Of a stretch of 64,000 bases of DNA, positions 10,601-18,532 are shown piece after piece. This stretch comes from Candidatus Poseidoniales archaeon (GTDB taxonomy: Archaea > Thermoplasmatota > Poseidoniia > Poseidoniales > Poseidoniaceae): assembly GCA_003602605.1 (NCBI GenBank), contig QQRW01000037.1:14718-78717 (forward strand), read 5' to 3'. A program made the position numbers and the translations under genes. Position 1 is the first letter of the stretch. Each line of letters starts with the position of its first letter. The notes under the pieces are model-generated. The model was not told the origin of the DNA. It did not search any database and worked only from the letters and a program-made list of their open reading frames with translations.

Positions 10601-13600
10601 AATGCCATGCCCTTCCAATCAGCGCCACCAATTCCTTCGAAGAGAACGTGGTCAGTGCTGTTACCGTTGATGGTCATCTTATCACAAGCGCCATCAAAGG
10701 AAATTCCTTTGCCTGCTCCAACTTGAATGACTGTACCAGGTTCGATGGTAAGGTCAGCAGAGATGCTCAAATAGTCACCAGCCGGGTTGATTCGGACTGG
10801 ACTGTCTTCAACATCCCATGTTGTATCGGATGTGATGTCGGATGTGATATCTGTGCCCTTACCTTCGAAAGGCATTGTTCGGTAGTAAACACCACAATCG
10901 ACTGCTGTGTTTTGGTAGCAGTAGTAGGTTCCGTAGTAGGACCAATACGGTGCAATCAGTCCTGCAGGTGCAGCACTGTTGGACGAGTATGGGAGTTTCG
11001 GCATGTTGCCGTACCAGGTGGTCATTGCACGAACATTTGCTGTTGAACCGCTGCTAACGAAGTGCATGTTTCCGTGTCGCTCAATGTTGATGCGGTCGTT
11101 ACTGTCTGTGAAGTTGTAATCAGTTCCGAAATAGGTGAAATTAAATCCATTTGGCATTGCAATGTTATCAGCACATTGGGAGCCATAAGTTCGGAAGTAG
11201 TAACTCGATGCACAGTAGTATCCAGATGGAGTTCCACCGCTGGTACCCATGATATCGGTTTCAATACCGTTCACTATCGGGTTCATTCCTCTGTCGAAAG
11301 ATTCCCAAGAACCATCTGTACTGTCCGTTGTAATTCGGTAGTTGTTGGTGTGTGGGTTTGCCCCGTTGATGTACGAAGTACTCGTGCTGTGGCGAATAGT
11401 CTGTCCGTGTGTTCGTGTTTGGTCCATGAATCCGACTGTCGTTGCGTCGTAAGAATTCTTACATGCATCGTCGTAGTGGTATTCAATCTCGTTCGTGACG
11501 TCGTAAAAGACGGCTTGGAACGTACAACGGAAGTTGTTGTTGGTATATTGCATATCTCTCCATTCAACAATGAACATCTTGTTAGGATCGCCGACACTGA
11601 ATGTTTCAGTGCTGGTTGTCAAGGTGTTAACGGTTGATGTGTCTTGAGATGTGTCCTCAGCATAGAGGTAGTATTCAACTGAGTCACCGCGTTCAAGGTC
11701 TTCAAGATCAGCAGACCACGTACATGCAGCCAAAGCACATTGTGCTCGAGTTGAACTGCCTTCTGGGGTCAAAAGTTCGCTGGTCCATGAACCTGTAGTA
11801 CCGTCTGTACTTGTGATTCGGTAATACAGAGTTGGTCCAACGCCAGCAGTTGTGCTGACGTTTAATCCACTCGGTGGGTCTCCACCATCAGACAAAACCA
11901 CTGAAATGGTTCGGTCCTTGCTGTGGGAATCCGAAAGTGCTGAGTGATCTGCGATTGGAGCAAAGGTGTCAGGGACTGGGGCAACGCCGCCAATCTTGTA
12001 TGTTTGCGTACCGCTTGCAGCCTGGGAACCGTAGTATCCCATTGCGTGTGCCCATCCCGACCAAACGTATGATGGAAGGGCTCGTTCGTCGGCTAGACTG
12101 CCACCGCTGAGGTAAGATCCAGCGTAGTAGTAAGCTCCTGAACATTGGTCACGGCTTGCGAATGGACTTCGGAAGAAGTGAACGAAACCGTTTGTTGTTA
12201 CGCACAATCGGTTTGCGTTGATACCTGATCCGCCAGTAGCGTTACCGAACGAAAATAGACCCATTTGTCCACCGTAGGTTTCTTGGCCTGCAGCACTCAT
12301 TGCTGAGTCTGAACCCAGAGTGATCTTGTATGCAGGAGAGTTACCATAAGCGTAACTTGCATCCATTTGGCTTCCACCTGACAATTTGCTATCGATAGAA
12401 GGTGAACTTCCGATACCAACCATTGCAAATGCATTCTTGCCGGAGTCAAACAGGTATAGCAAATTCATTCCAGGGCCTTTGTCAGCGCTGATTGTAAGGT
12501 ATCCGCCGTCGTTTGTCATGTGTTCAAAGGTGTTCGAACGTGTTGAAGATGAACCCATTCCGTTCGACCCAGAACCTGCAACAGTTGCGTGTTGGCCCAT
12601 CCAGTTGTTGTAGAAGTAGTAGTTTGGTGCGTCATAACTTGTACCAGTGAAGAAACACTGGTTGGAACCAGTTCCACAAGAAGAGACATCGAATTCAAAG
12701 TAGAATTCATCGTTGCCATCAAAGTGTGTGAATTGCCGATCAATGAGTTGACTTGCTCTTGGGCTGGAGGAACTGCTTGCGTGCACATCAGTCATGAGCA
12801 CTGTAAGTTTCTTGTCATCTCCCGCATCCTCGACAGCTGCAACGGTGAAGTTGTACGGTGTTGGGACCGTTTGTGCACCGCTCAATGCCGGATCGTATCC
12901 AACGTTAGGGTTGGAGTTGAGATCTTGGAACTTCCAGTAGTATTCAACATAGTCTCCTGCGGAGATTGTTGGAGTTGATGCTCGGAACTGACATGTAGCG
13001 TCAGTTGTTGAACATGTTCCGATGCTCGTTGCGCTTACGCTCGTGAATGAACCGTTGTTGAGAGCGTAGTTGAGCGTAGGCTTGTTGTTTGCAGTCGTGT
13101 CGATGTTCGAGAGGTCAGACAATGTTGTGAAGAAGGTTCGTGAACCTTCAACATATGAGGTGACATCGTGGTATGGGACGAAGTCTGAGGCAGGCGCATC
13201 AGCGTCAATTCCACCAGAGTATGTGATACTTAGGTAAGAGTTCGAACTTCCCCCGTTGGAGTGGTAAGCGCGAGTGTAACCAGTGTTACCCGGTACTTTG
13301 TATCCAATAGCAACGGTTGAACTGGTGTTCTGAGCATCGGTGATGTAACTTGCTTGAGTGCTTGTTGCACAGGTTGCGCTCGTCGAACAAATGTCAGCAG
13401 TCGTTGACGAGTAGTACACTGGAGTCACAGTATCAAAGGAATCACTGTTCCACATCGAAGCGATGAGTTTTCGTGCGTTACCGTTGTTGTACATTGTACT
13501 GGTAGACGCGTAAGCACTCGAGGCGAGAGTGTTCGAACAACCGTTGGTAGGAGCTGCCGGCATAGTCCAACTGCCGTATGGCATGCTGGAGGAGGTCGGA

Positions 13601-14874
13601 GAGCCACAGTCTTCCAGGACTGTTGCAGCAACTGAGTTTGTCGCAGTAGAACCGGTCTGGTAAGTCCACCTCTGGTAATGCGAAATCGATTCAACAACTG
13701 CTTGGTTAGGTAATTGGTTGGATGTGGTAAATGTAAACGAGTTGAATGGCAAGTAGTAGTTTACGTTCGCGTTCGTGCTCGACCAGGAATACTGTCCCTT
13801 TTGCAGGTAGGTGGTCGTTCGAGCCATGTAACATCGGTTTAGCACCTTGTAACAGTAACCACTGTTTACATTGGATACTTGGATGGTTGGGTCGATGGCC
13901 AGCGGGAATACGCGTTCATCGGCCATGATCCATTCCGACTCAACGAGAGTGGAGATGATAATCTGCGAATCTATGACTTGAATGAAGTATGTTGCCGTGT
14001 ATGGTTCAGCAGGATTGCCTTCTTCGACAACAACTGGAACTGGAATTTGTGCGAGTAATTTTCCGGTCTCTGTGTTTCGGATGTCAAGAGGTTCTTGAGT
14101 TTGGGTCATTTCTTCCCCAAGCATCGTTTCTCCAAGGAAAAGAGCAAATCCGGACGGAAGTTGCAGCATTTCCGAGAATCCAAACCATGCATCGGATTCT
14201 TTGAGGATTGGACGCTCATTGACGATTAGGTTCTGCTTGAGTTGGTTGCTCTGAACAGTGTAGTCGAGTGAAAATCCTTCAGCGACAGGATAGCGAACCA
14301 TGTTACCGCCTACTTGCACTTCATCGGTTGATGGAGCAGCGTCGTAGATCTCAGGTGTCGTCATCGTTTCATCAAGAGTAATCAACATAGGATTAATTCC
14401 CATGACGATTGGATCAACCGATGGATTGACTTGAATAGCAACACCGTTAGCTGTTTCAGGAGCGAAGTAGGTCGTGAATGAGTTTTCAGTCACTTCCCAA
14501 CCATTGGCAGTAGCGACTACATTGAGATCGATGTCTGCCCATTCTCCATTCTCGCCCACAAAGTGAACTGGCGAATCGTGCAGAAGCTGCACGAATTTGC
14601 CGTCCTCAAGGACGAAGGTCTTGCTCGTTTGGTCTCTCATGCCGATGAGTTCATCGGATGGTTCGTATTCGTATTCAATTCCTGTCTCTTTCGAAGTTGG
14701 CAAAGCGAGGAGGTCTTCCCCTGTTGTGTCGTTTATAGCAACAAACTCCACATCGCCTGCGTTGTTATCGACGAACCCAGCCATAGGCATGAGGGCCATC
14801 AATGCACACAACAACAGTGCTATGCCAATTCCGTTAAAGACAGATGTTTTCTTGGTATTCTTTATTCCCAACAT
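1102..14874 (-). CDS. Giant (~4590 aa) secreted surface/adhesin-like protein with C-terminal TM anchor and fused archaeal type IV pilin domain
   Basis: N-terminal hydrophobic signal (GIGIALLLCALMALMPMAG); WapA/Rhs-N-like domain ending FPLAIDPT; Ig-like modules; NIDO-like domain; long parallel beta-helix tracts; DOMON/CBM9-like segment; cadherin-like VNDAPV repeats; TM; then AVSPVIATILMVAITVVLSG pilin motif. AGGTGA RBS precedes ATG 14874 (the ORF track starts at GTG 14883). Confidence 0.9.
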   Translation of the reverse strand: MLGIKNTKKTSVFNGIGIALLLCALMALMPMAGFVDNNAGDVEFVAINDTTGEDLLALPTSKETGIEYEYEPSDELIGMRDQTSKTFVLEDGKFVQLLHDSPVHFVGENGEWADIDLNVVATANGWEVTENSFTTYFAPETANGVAIQVNPSVDPIVMGINPMLITLDETMTTPEIYDAAPSTDEVQVGGNMVRYPVAEGFSLDYTVQSNQLKQNLIVNERPILKESDAWFGFSEMLQLPSGFALFLGETMLGEEMTQTQEPLDIRNTETGKLLAQIPVPVVVEEGNPAEPYTATYFIQVIDSQIIISTLVESEWIMADERVFPLAIDPTIQVSNVNSGYCYKVLNRCYMARTTTYLQKGQYSWSSTNANVNYYLPFNSFTFTTSNQLPNQAVVESISHYQRWTYQTGSTATNSVAATVLEDCGSPTSSSMPYGSWTMPAAPTNGCSNTLASSAYASTSTMYNNGNARKLIASMWNSDSFDTVTPVYYSSTTADICSTSATCATSTQASYITDAQNTSSTVAIGYKVPGNTGYTRAYHSNGGSSNSYLSITYSGGIDADAPASDFVPYHDVTSYVEGSRTFFTTLSDLSNIDTTANNKPTLNYALNNGSFTSVSATSIGTCSTTDATCQFRASTPTISAGDYVEYYWKFQDLNSNPNVGYDPALSGAQTVPTPYNFTVAAVEDAGDDKKLTVLMTDVHASSSSSPRASQLIDRQFTHFDGNDEFYFEFDVSSCGTGSNQCFFTGTSYDAPNYYFYNNWMGQHATVAGSGSNGMGSSSTRSNTFEHMTNDGGYLTISADKGPGMNLLYLFDSGKNAFAMVGIGSSPSIDSKLSGGSQMDASYAYGNSPAYKITLGSDSAMSAAGQETYGGQMGLFSFGNATGGSGINANRLCVTTNGFVHFFRSPFASRDQCSGAYYYAGSYLSGGSLADERALPSYVWSGWAHAMGYYGSQAASGTQTYKIGGVAPVPDTFAPIADHSALSDSHSKDRTISVVLSDGGDPPSGLNVSTTAGVGPTLYYRITSTDGTTGSWTSELLTPEGSSTRAQCALAACTWSADLEDLERGDSVEYYLYAEDTSQDTSTVNTLTTSTETFSVGDPNKMFIVEWRDMQYTNNNFRCTFQAVFYDVTNEIEYHYDDACKNSYDATTVGFMDQTRTHGQTIRHSTSTSYINGANPHTNNYRITTDSTDGSWESFDRGMNPIVNGIETDIMGTSGGTPSGYYCASSYYFRTYGSQCADNIAMPNGFNFTYFGTDYNFTDSNDRINIERHGNMHFVSSGSTANVRAMTTWYGNMPKLPYSSNSAAPAGLIAPYWSYYGTYYCYQNTAVDCGVYYRTMPFEGKGTDITSDITSDTTWDVEDSPVRINPAGDYLSISADLTIEPGTVIQVGAGKGISFDGACDKMTINGNSTDHVLFEGIGGADWKGMAFTGACTTSTDNRHTFSYVDFKNTTDAAIAAGSRHGSSPISNANVGNFTMDHVTFTDVGAAFVHGSGQGTVVSMTEFSVDGTDDSCFDFAEDTVASLTEGTIANCNKDGGANNGAIVNVAGSTGGSLFLENTTITNAYVNLISVDLETVTISNVTATASTAQTGSALNSDAGAGAEVELFNFDATNYASVSIDAMGSIMMTDVDVGSASMNFFPGGSTTSSTTGAFGDNAVFDTVTAGNMMMRNLQPGTFDDVSVDDLKIEGDATNSDTVIINNLDVAHFEVTGCSGWNVQLNSMTAERVTSNGCSAAKNSVLIADSTIDHTSALDSAVYARYSDVTIGETTMTSTTAGTGSIYLAQADTNSNIRLIEVTQNGDDCADVNGGTGDCDVDVPSSSSEIWYGGLATVRTYRIALVNNVQTQIFKSGHTVTAAVTDSSSSELFEVGSHITDTATSNLGSASVWVITGDESGGNTYSNHNIRAFGPAGQNETMTSSSWYPTAGFTIGSTIDLLLEPAPVDFDQAGMDCAWMDAYVDPSNGAQLPTNGTTASGHTIFEFDGTPMTLSADLTLDGCVMILKGSSLKVKSTATSSPVLTLTNGGKVVATVSSDTGAIGAISAVSPSYGLHIDIVAGTLELDGGTLRDVAQDTTTDSALYIGSGATLKMTDGASIFGASANSDDMATVKVNGGTVNIADSSIVNTGQSGTALWVEASGGSIDNIVVKNAAVGIQSFNGAPQVDGFTSTDNTVGVDIYGGMSLPTIYRSTLLSGESTGWTTYKIDLSTFLGDDFLQVGMNSIYGGGNAHPRYNYATTKYYMITDRYNIELEDDNGNTWNITEADDLGYYPISAADPKSGTPGYATYAPGAVGGVPSLDCNTNGYAYGPNYPSNRIGYYYQIWQQWGGSNPGFPAYYESKPLEFGFDWENIEDVSPTGYYAYYPYHYWGAYYTTYHAMYNPIFYPPEGMQGSYNICYDRAYTYYMSPGQGARMTMPTIDISASNISKVSLYMDVLHNRADNYQDRLEIVARSGDNAALLGAYARESGTPLFKDGSITGADTGVSIGGSFAAGHIQDVTVTNPTDSGMEITGQTAATSDGLTVTGGDYGILVGNSASGSMDFMNIDFDSNTNAGIYYTKDLAGDLSGTVENSGTAFKYGTNTDNDVSFSGITISTNDVGVEAAGTGDFTFTDVTMGNTKDFVISSQSNIDFIEGTVDSTTVEVTGQGEFTRKRSMQVELLADTNAVSGATVTLLDADGAAAGSGTTNANGIAEGLNFVTAVVDSNGMTVPSLAGYEVMSVAEIDYFYTTSTNNKADFRYATQGVTLTDTSGNSATVPLTTQISERVCWYSTSAAYTTVTPCAGSFFTRGTRSYDDGNGGTLNEYAYASSLTINQQGNTIMMDVPYIQLKSNTPYNFNGSTILSTGAWDFYDTQRWYTSYPYGGEVYMNDAALYGVTVNDDNGGMYGIELGYYGSPITTLVANNTIFSNIAKIESQNGYTWGSSTQYLWEIEEFSVTNSTITHFKGYTDLNQAIQNTDMCMVLSGGEGSVVSNNVFNDCGVGVELTRSPYWNRHGSNVGVDNITISNNIFNDGGEIADIWLYRDGSSENALISNNVMNNGGAKVAAIGVYDGGHTGTMIIGNTINTVTDGIYVDNALDYRITGNTINGAGDAAYAAISSLEGYGDIDNNTIVDADGGIIVDSTTSPPAPVTSLCTISSSSYRYSASCSATLAAGKTLDINIATDSWGYEAGIQITKPDGTTDSFGRGTSSTFASNTQYTPLATYTAPGLYLLALTDSYGDGGTDVFMLEGGAAAGYNGPTIADNTISTSAGRTAPSAVGLVLEDCDGVSVNTARNTITLSDTAMEIDNCDVTDISSVITGSGDASTVGIDADDASGDSLTLSGTTISGFATGVEKTSGELTLTGDASISGDDYGAFVDDATVVAINAAVDGGATGTGLYVVDSDDVWVYPMNASGLVGMYVENTPFRWDGGTSTASTTLEVVESQGSIENMTWTTSSVQIDAGSNAYVTSIGNTIDENKLVVDSSATIDEANLFSMDSTHLNAAPTNEVAMMIKSTDGTRASYVSTTFQPEVMNVDGSNEDWVGGNALNPSGYAMPGLMSGDGTNDMLVTYIEGDDLYIGLTGEDLAASDVLIYLSVDGSGSSTGYNLGGSHELPFQANYVLWADSETSYDLYSYGFLGWGATSLSAASVDIASASGLTEISIPFSRIGGTPSQIDIIAIVQGESTADVSTVHPTQTIDALNTLQDFSEYITVELNHDDLLTGEINDEVLVYRSFKGSTTPSVAKNYDVLIKTEADCEYDWETETDLSLATNVAITLNMDRACPEIQSSLQDITVAEDSGAYTFSLTNMADDVQDLEADLTWTSAAGNLVAYDNVLVDWNQNGQTVTITPLDDQFGTLEYEFEVTDSNGLTDKKNISFEVTNVNDAPVICNVEDAGCMPIFSTDDNFDNILAEGFGTHTKDLGEVSNASKSYIRDMANEQSPVRQVYDWDASVDSSCIAFSVEVNTLNSLIITENTSNEKGGSCTVTLELSDDGNENTDAVPYTVDFSVAPVNDAPVITLQDVDGQNLLVSDAGSRANGEGEFITMTEDDTNVDNLTWDLLPLMNDIDHDVPADLTWTVEPTSQCAYTNYFTTAIVGTDLVFTLIPDATTNGYDWEVDYMNDNGIHQLRPAGQTFCAINLVLKDTATAPSHTPNYDTTVLNSAFTEQLAPYAQGQDDVVVYVTIDRVAENVADYSLDTTSGVNFNGITNIMTGTYVPVSVNIDAGGDEGPYTYDHMLAVTFHTDGHTEEETTRYYNVPDYGTTLTVEENIFMTKDTTKVEVSMDVLTCLNNPCDLTVSSSERFQSDDPESHRANNGGSQGALWSAPGQYGQNASQTSERRPMLEDSFWCNNRMTTLDLATAEANNDWGKCNEYASGSGSFGATGQNLPVVVRTIGASSVASFAPSIVVVSLTGLFVSALAFSSRRADDEEEVVENKLEDDEMAVSPVIATILMVAITVVLSGVIYVWASSLAETDVKGVPRVTFAIDDVNSFDVDEGHWRITVQASETDLATQAVEVRVFYVDANGEAQVKTTNLADTAGVYGFNPQNSDSMVTFVDQVNSEGDDKVSTFNTGDTIFVRTHDSDGTPLEDVTISLNYAPSAGQGAQLRTWSGLSYDVSA

Positions 14875-15067
14875 GTCATTCACCTATACGGATTGTATGC
14901 AAAGCATCCCACGCCTTGCTCCCCTTATAGGAGTTGGGGTGCAAAATGTTTGATTTCCACAGTTGAAAATGCTGTGCGTATCGAGTACTGAATGAGTTTA
15001 TCCAAGTTGAATGGTACAATCGATTTGTAAAAGTAACAGTTCGGAATTCTTGCAAAGAACATACCTG

Positions 15068-15118
15068 GATTATCCAAACAATTAGCTAGAAGATTATCCA
15101 AACAATTAGCTAGAAGAT
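15068..15118. repeat. Perfect 24-bp tandem duplication (GATTATCCAAACAATTAGCTAGAA x2 + GAT)
   Basis: Read directly: 15068-15091 is identical to 15092-15115. Confidence 0.9.
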
Positions 15119-15170
15119 CAAAACAATATTCGGAACTTCATGAACACTAGACCTGAAGTTCGAACGGTGT

Positions 15171-15244
15171 TCAAAAGAGTAAAAGGAGGCCGAGAGGGCC
15201 GTCGAAACGGCCCTCTCAGCGGCTCTTCCCTCCCGTGAGAGGGA
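15171..15244 (-). terminator. Two hairpins plus T-rich tract after the 1012-aa gene
   Basis: GAGAGGGCCGT/ACGGCCCTCTC 11-bp stem (15192-15217; loop reads TTCG on the minus strand) and TCCCTC/GAGGGA (15227-15244), followed on the minus strand by CCTTTTACTCTTTTGAA. Confidence 0.65.
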
Positions 15245-15270
15245 TGTTTCATTCATCAGCAAAGGAAGAA

Positions 15271-18200
15271 TCAGTAATCCCAGTCTTTGCCTTCGTCGCC
15301 TTCTCCACCACGGGAGAGGATGAATGCACCAACGATGAATGCGACCACGACGACGCCACCTATGACGCCCCATGTCCAAGTCGGGACTCCACCTTCAACA
15401 TCATCTCCAATGATTGTAGTACCGTCATCGGTGTTGGTGTTGTCAGAATCTCGTTGGTAATCGATACTGTTCATCGTACCTGCTGCCATTGAGTTGCCTA
15501 GGGCATCCACTGGTACTGCGGTGAAATGATACGTGTACGTACCTGCAGACCATGTCGAGATGTCGACATCGAGCGTGGTACCAGCTGCATCAAGACATGT
15601 CTCAGGCATGTTTGCAGCATCAAAGGTGCCACGTTGGTAGCAAACCTTCCAAGATGCGACATCGTCTTGTGCACCTGCTGCGGTCCATGAAACGGTCCAT
15701 GTGTTCTCAACTGCTGCAATTGTGAGGTCTGTTGCTGCTGCTCCACCATCAACTGCACTGTCTGCAACGACTGTGCCAGTTCCGACTGGGCTGCTGCATC
15801 CGACTTCATTACAAACGGCAACGGTAACGGTGTACTCTACACCGTGGGTCGTCGATTGTCCAGAGTATGGATAAGAGGTGTTACCTGCTCCAAGAGAAAT
15901 CTCGAATGCTGTGGTACAGTCTACGGTTTCACAAACAGTGACATCGATACTGTCTCCTGAGAGCATGGTTCCGTCGACGTCCCAGTTGATCTGAATTGCT
16001 CCACCCTTTGCGGCTGCTGCGTTGAATCCAGTGATACTTGCAGACGGTACCTCTGCTTGAGCGAGAGATCCACCCATGAGCACAAGTTGTCCGTTCGATA
16101 GAACCGGCGAGTTCGCTGGGAAAGTGTAGGAAAATTGCCCTGTAGTTGCATCAACATCGGTTGGAGCATCACTGAGCATTGTCCAAGATGCACCGTTCAC
16201 ATACCACAGTGATGTTGCACCTAAACTCTTATCGTATTGAATACTCATTGATTGTTGCAATACATCGTTTGCAGAGTAAGTCGTCGAAGGAGAATAGTCA
16301 ATGACACCTACTGAGTCGTATCGTCCAGTGAAACCTGGAAGTTCAAGATTTGTCAAAGCGTCTCCGTCTGTAGCGGTAACGGTGAATGGGGTTGTTCCCC
16401 AGTAAAGCAGGTCATAATTGAGTCCAAGTCCGCTTGTGGTCGAAGCGAAATTACTTCCATCGTTCCAAACTTGAAGCATCAATTCCTTCGATGCTTCGCC
16501 GCCGTTAGGGTCGTAAACGTTGACAGAGACCGGGAAGTTGGTCACATAATCTCCCTGTATGAGTACCGAGCAGACTGTGAGCATTGTTGTACGCTCGCAA
16601 CCTGGAAGCGCAACGCCGTTGAACATCCATTCAATTTCGATGTTTGAAGAACTTGGGTCGTCAACATCGAAGACTTGAACAGCCATCGAAATGAGGTCGT
16701 CCTGACCCATATACAGGTCATCTTCGTTCAACAAGTCCAATGCGATAATGAGTGGAGCATTGTTACGAACATATAGGCTCATACTCATATCATTGTTCGA
16801 TGGTTTTGCATCGGTCATCTTCGTATCTGGGATAAGCTCGGCAGCGAATGTGTATTCACCGTCCATGGACAATGAAACCATTGTGCATGCATAACCTGTC
16901 ATTGACATTCCTTGTCCAATTCCAAGAGGGGCATAGACTGGGTATGCAGGTTCAACTGCTTCACACGTGGTTGAATCAATGACATCAACGACTCCATCGA
17001 GAGGATCGGTAATCTGGAAGTTCACAGACCAATTGTATGTCGATTCAGCCTCGCTCCCACGATGCTCTACTTCGACGTGGAGGTATGAGGTACCAACGTT
17101 CAAGTCGCCACTGTCAGCGTTCGTGAAGAAAGTTGTACCTTGTCCGGTACCGTCAGCATTGTAGCCTTGAACTACGGTCAATTGAGAAATTCGAATGTCG
17201 TTAAAGATGCTCGCAAATCCGTCAATGGTGCTGGAATCAGTCGCAGGGTATGCGTCCCGAGTGAATGTTTCCTCGCAGAAGTTGTCGAAAGAGTTGTTGT
17301 CAGCATCAACGTAAACACAACTTGTCCACTGGTCGTATTGAATGTAATCAACGATGGAGGCTTTCAGGCCGTAAGACGCTGAGTCAACATTGTCGACATC
17401 CACTGTGAGACTGCCGGAAAGCGTCCATGTGGTGAGTACACTACGAGTGTCGGTTGTAATAGTAGAAGGTTCAGATGAAAGATTTTCGTAAACATCCACG
17501 GTTGTTGATGTTCCTGCGGTAAAGATGTTTGTACCGGAACTGTCGATAGTAGTACCGTCAGTGGTTTGAGCTGCACTTACTTCACCAGTTGTTTGAACGC
17601 GAATTCGAACATCACGCGGGTCGAAAGTATCCGAGCCTGTAGCGTTAACGGTGAGTGTCCAGTCCTTTGTTCCAGATCCACTTTCCATTTCGTTGCCACT
17701 GTCCCAAGTGAGTTCAACGCCAATGTCGTACCAGTCTTCGACTGACACGAATACTTGTTGGACATCGTTTCCAACGTCGTCATCCGGGTTTGCGTTGAGA
17801 ATCATTTCAACAACGTAAAGTCCCTTAACAGGCGTCCATGTAATCGGGTTTCCTGCAACAGACATGGTGTGCTTTCCGCCACCAAGGATGGCTCCAGCTG
17901 AAAGAGATTGGAAGTCACAGACAGAGACTGAAGCGCACATGACATCATTGTTCGTCCATGTGAGATCGTTACCAGAGGCGTCCTTAGCAAGGATGCTTGG
18001 GTTACCATTCGCATCAGAAAGCCATACATTTACGGTGTAGGCCATCTCGGTGATGTCTGCATCACCGCTGTTCTTGATGTAAGCGGAGAATGTTGTATCA
18101 TCGCCTACTTTCAATACATTTCGGCATTCTGCCCCAAGTGGGCAAACAGTTTCTTTTGGTGTGGTGATAGCAACCAAGTCTGCATCAGCGCCAGAACGGG

Positions 18201-18309
18201 CGCCTGTGTCTTCAATTACTTCATTATCTTCTAACTCGGCGAAGTCAAAACTTGAGAGAGCACTCACAAGCATCAACATGACGAGAATCATAGGGGTTAT
18301 TTTTCGCAT
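15271..18309 (-). CDS. Membrane-anchored surface glycoprotein with Ig/CARDB-like and fibronectin type III-like domains
   Basis: Signal peptide MRKITPMILVMLMLVSALS; FN3-like YTVTVAVCNEVGCS and YHFTAVPVD; C-terminal TM WTWGVIGGVVVVAFIVGAFIL plus acidic tail; GAGGT RBS. Confidence 0.8.
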   Translation of the reverse strand: MRKITPMILVMLMLVSALSSFDFAELEDNEVIEDTGARSGADADLVAITTPKETVCPLGAECRNVLKVGDDTTFSAYIKNSGDADITEMAYTVNVWLSDANGNPSILAKDASGNDLTWTNNDVMCASVSVCDFQSLSAGAILGGGKHTMSVAGNPITWTPVKGLYVVEMILNANPDDDVGNDVQQVFVSVEDWYDIGVELTWDSGNEMESGSGTKDWTLTVNATGSDTFDPRDVRIRVQTTGEVSAAQTTDGTTIDSSGTNIFTAGTSTTVDVYENLSSEPSTITTDTRSVLTTWTLSGSLTVDVDNVDSASYGLKASIVDYIQYDQWTSCVYVDADNNSFDNFCEETFTRDAYPATDSSTIDGFASIFNDIRISQLTVVQGYNADGTGQGTTFFTNADSGDLNVGTSYLHVEVEHRGSEAESTYNWSVNFQITDPLDGVVDVIDSTTCEAVEPAYPVYAPLGIGQGMSMTGYACTMVSLSMDGEYTFAAELIPDTKMTDAKPSNNDMSMSLYVRNNAPLIIALDLLNEDDLYMGQDDLISMAVQVFDVDDPSSSNIEIEWMFNGVALPGCERTTMLTVCSVLIQGDYVTNFPVSVNVYDPNGGEASKELMLQVWNDGSNFASTTSGLGLNYDLLYWGTTPFTVTATDGDALTNLELPGFTGRYDSVGVIDYSPSTTYSANDVLQQSMSIQYDKSLGATSLWYVNGASWTMLSDAPTDVDATTGQFSYTFPANSPVLSNGQLVLMGGSLAQAEVPSASITGFNAAAAKGGAIQINWDVDGTMLSGDSIDVTVCETVDCTTAFEISLGAGNTSYPYSGQSTTHGVEYTVTVAVCNEVGCSSPVGTGTVVADSAVDGGAAATDLTIAAVENTWTVSWTAAGAQDDVASWKVCYQRGTFDAANMPETCLDAAGTTLDVDISTWSAGTYTYHFTAVPVDALGNSMAAGTMNSIDYQRDSDNTNTDDGTTIIGDDVEGGVPTWTWGVIGGVVVVAFIVGAFILSRGGEGDEGKDWDY

Positions 18310-18532
18310 ATCTATACCTCCGATGGTTCGGTAATACTCCCCACGGAAAGCGTCGTATTTATACTATATGAGAACCAAAGCATGAGATATTTATAAAGAA
18401 ACGCACACAATTTTGGATTCGAAGCCTCGCAGTGACCCGAATTAGAATTAACTGGAGTGTGTTGTTTGTAGAACTGCCATTTTTAGGCTAAAAACGAACA
18501 TCTCAAACACCTGTTCGAACATATGTTATAAT

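Noticed and set aside
1102..14874. Giant protein as an Rhs/polymorphic toxin or intein-containing protein
   Set aside because: No YD repeats, no DPxG-toxin tail or immunity gene, and no Hint/LAGLIDADG motifs seen.
1356..14991. Many 60-230 aa ORFs antisense or out of frame within the giant gene
   Set aside because: Shadow ORFs from biased codon usage; no motifs, and fully nested in a coherent long CDS.
15068..15118. 24-bp repeat as a mini-CRISPR
   Set aside because: Copies are directly adjacent with no spacer, and there are no cas genes in the window.
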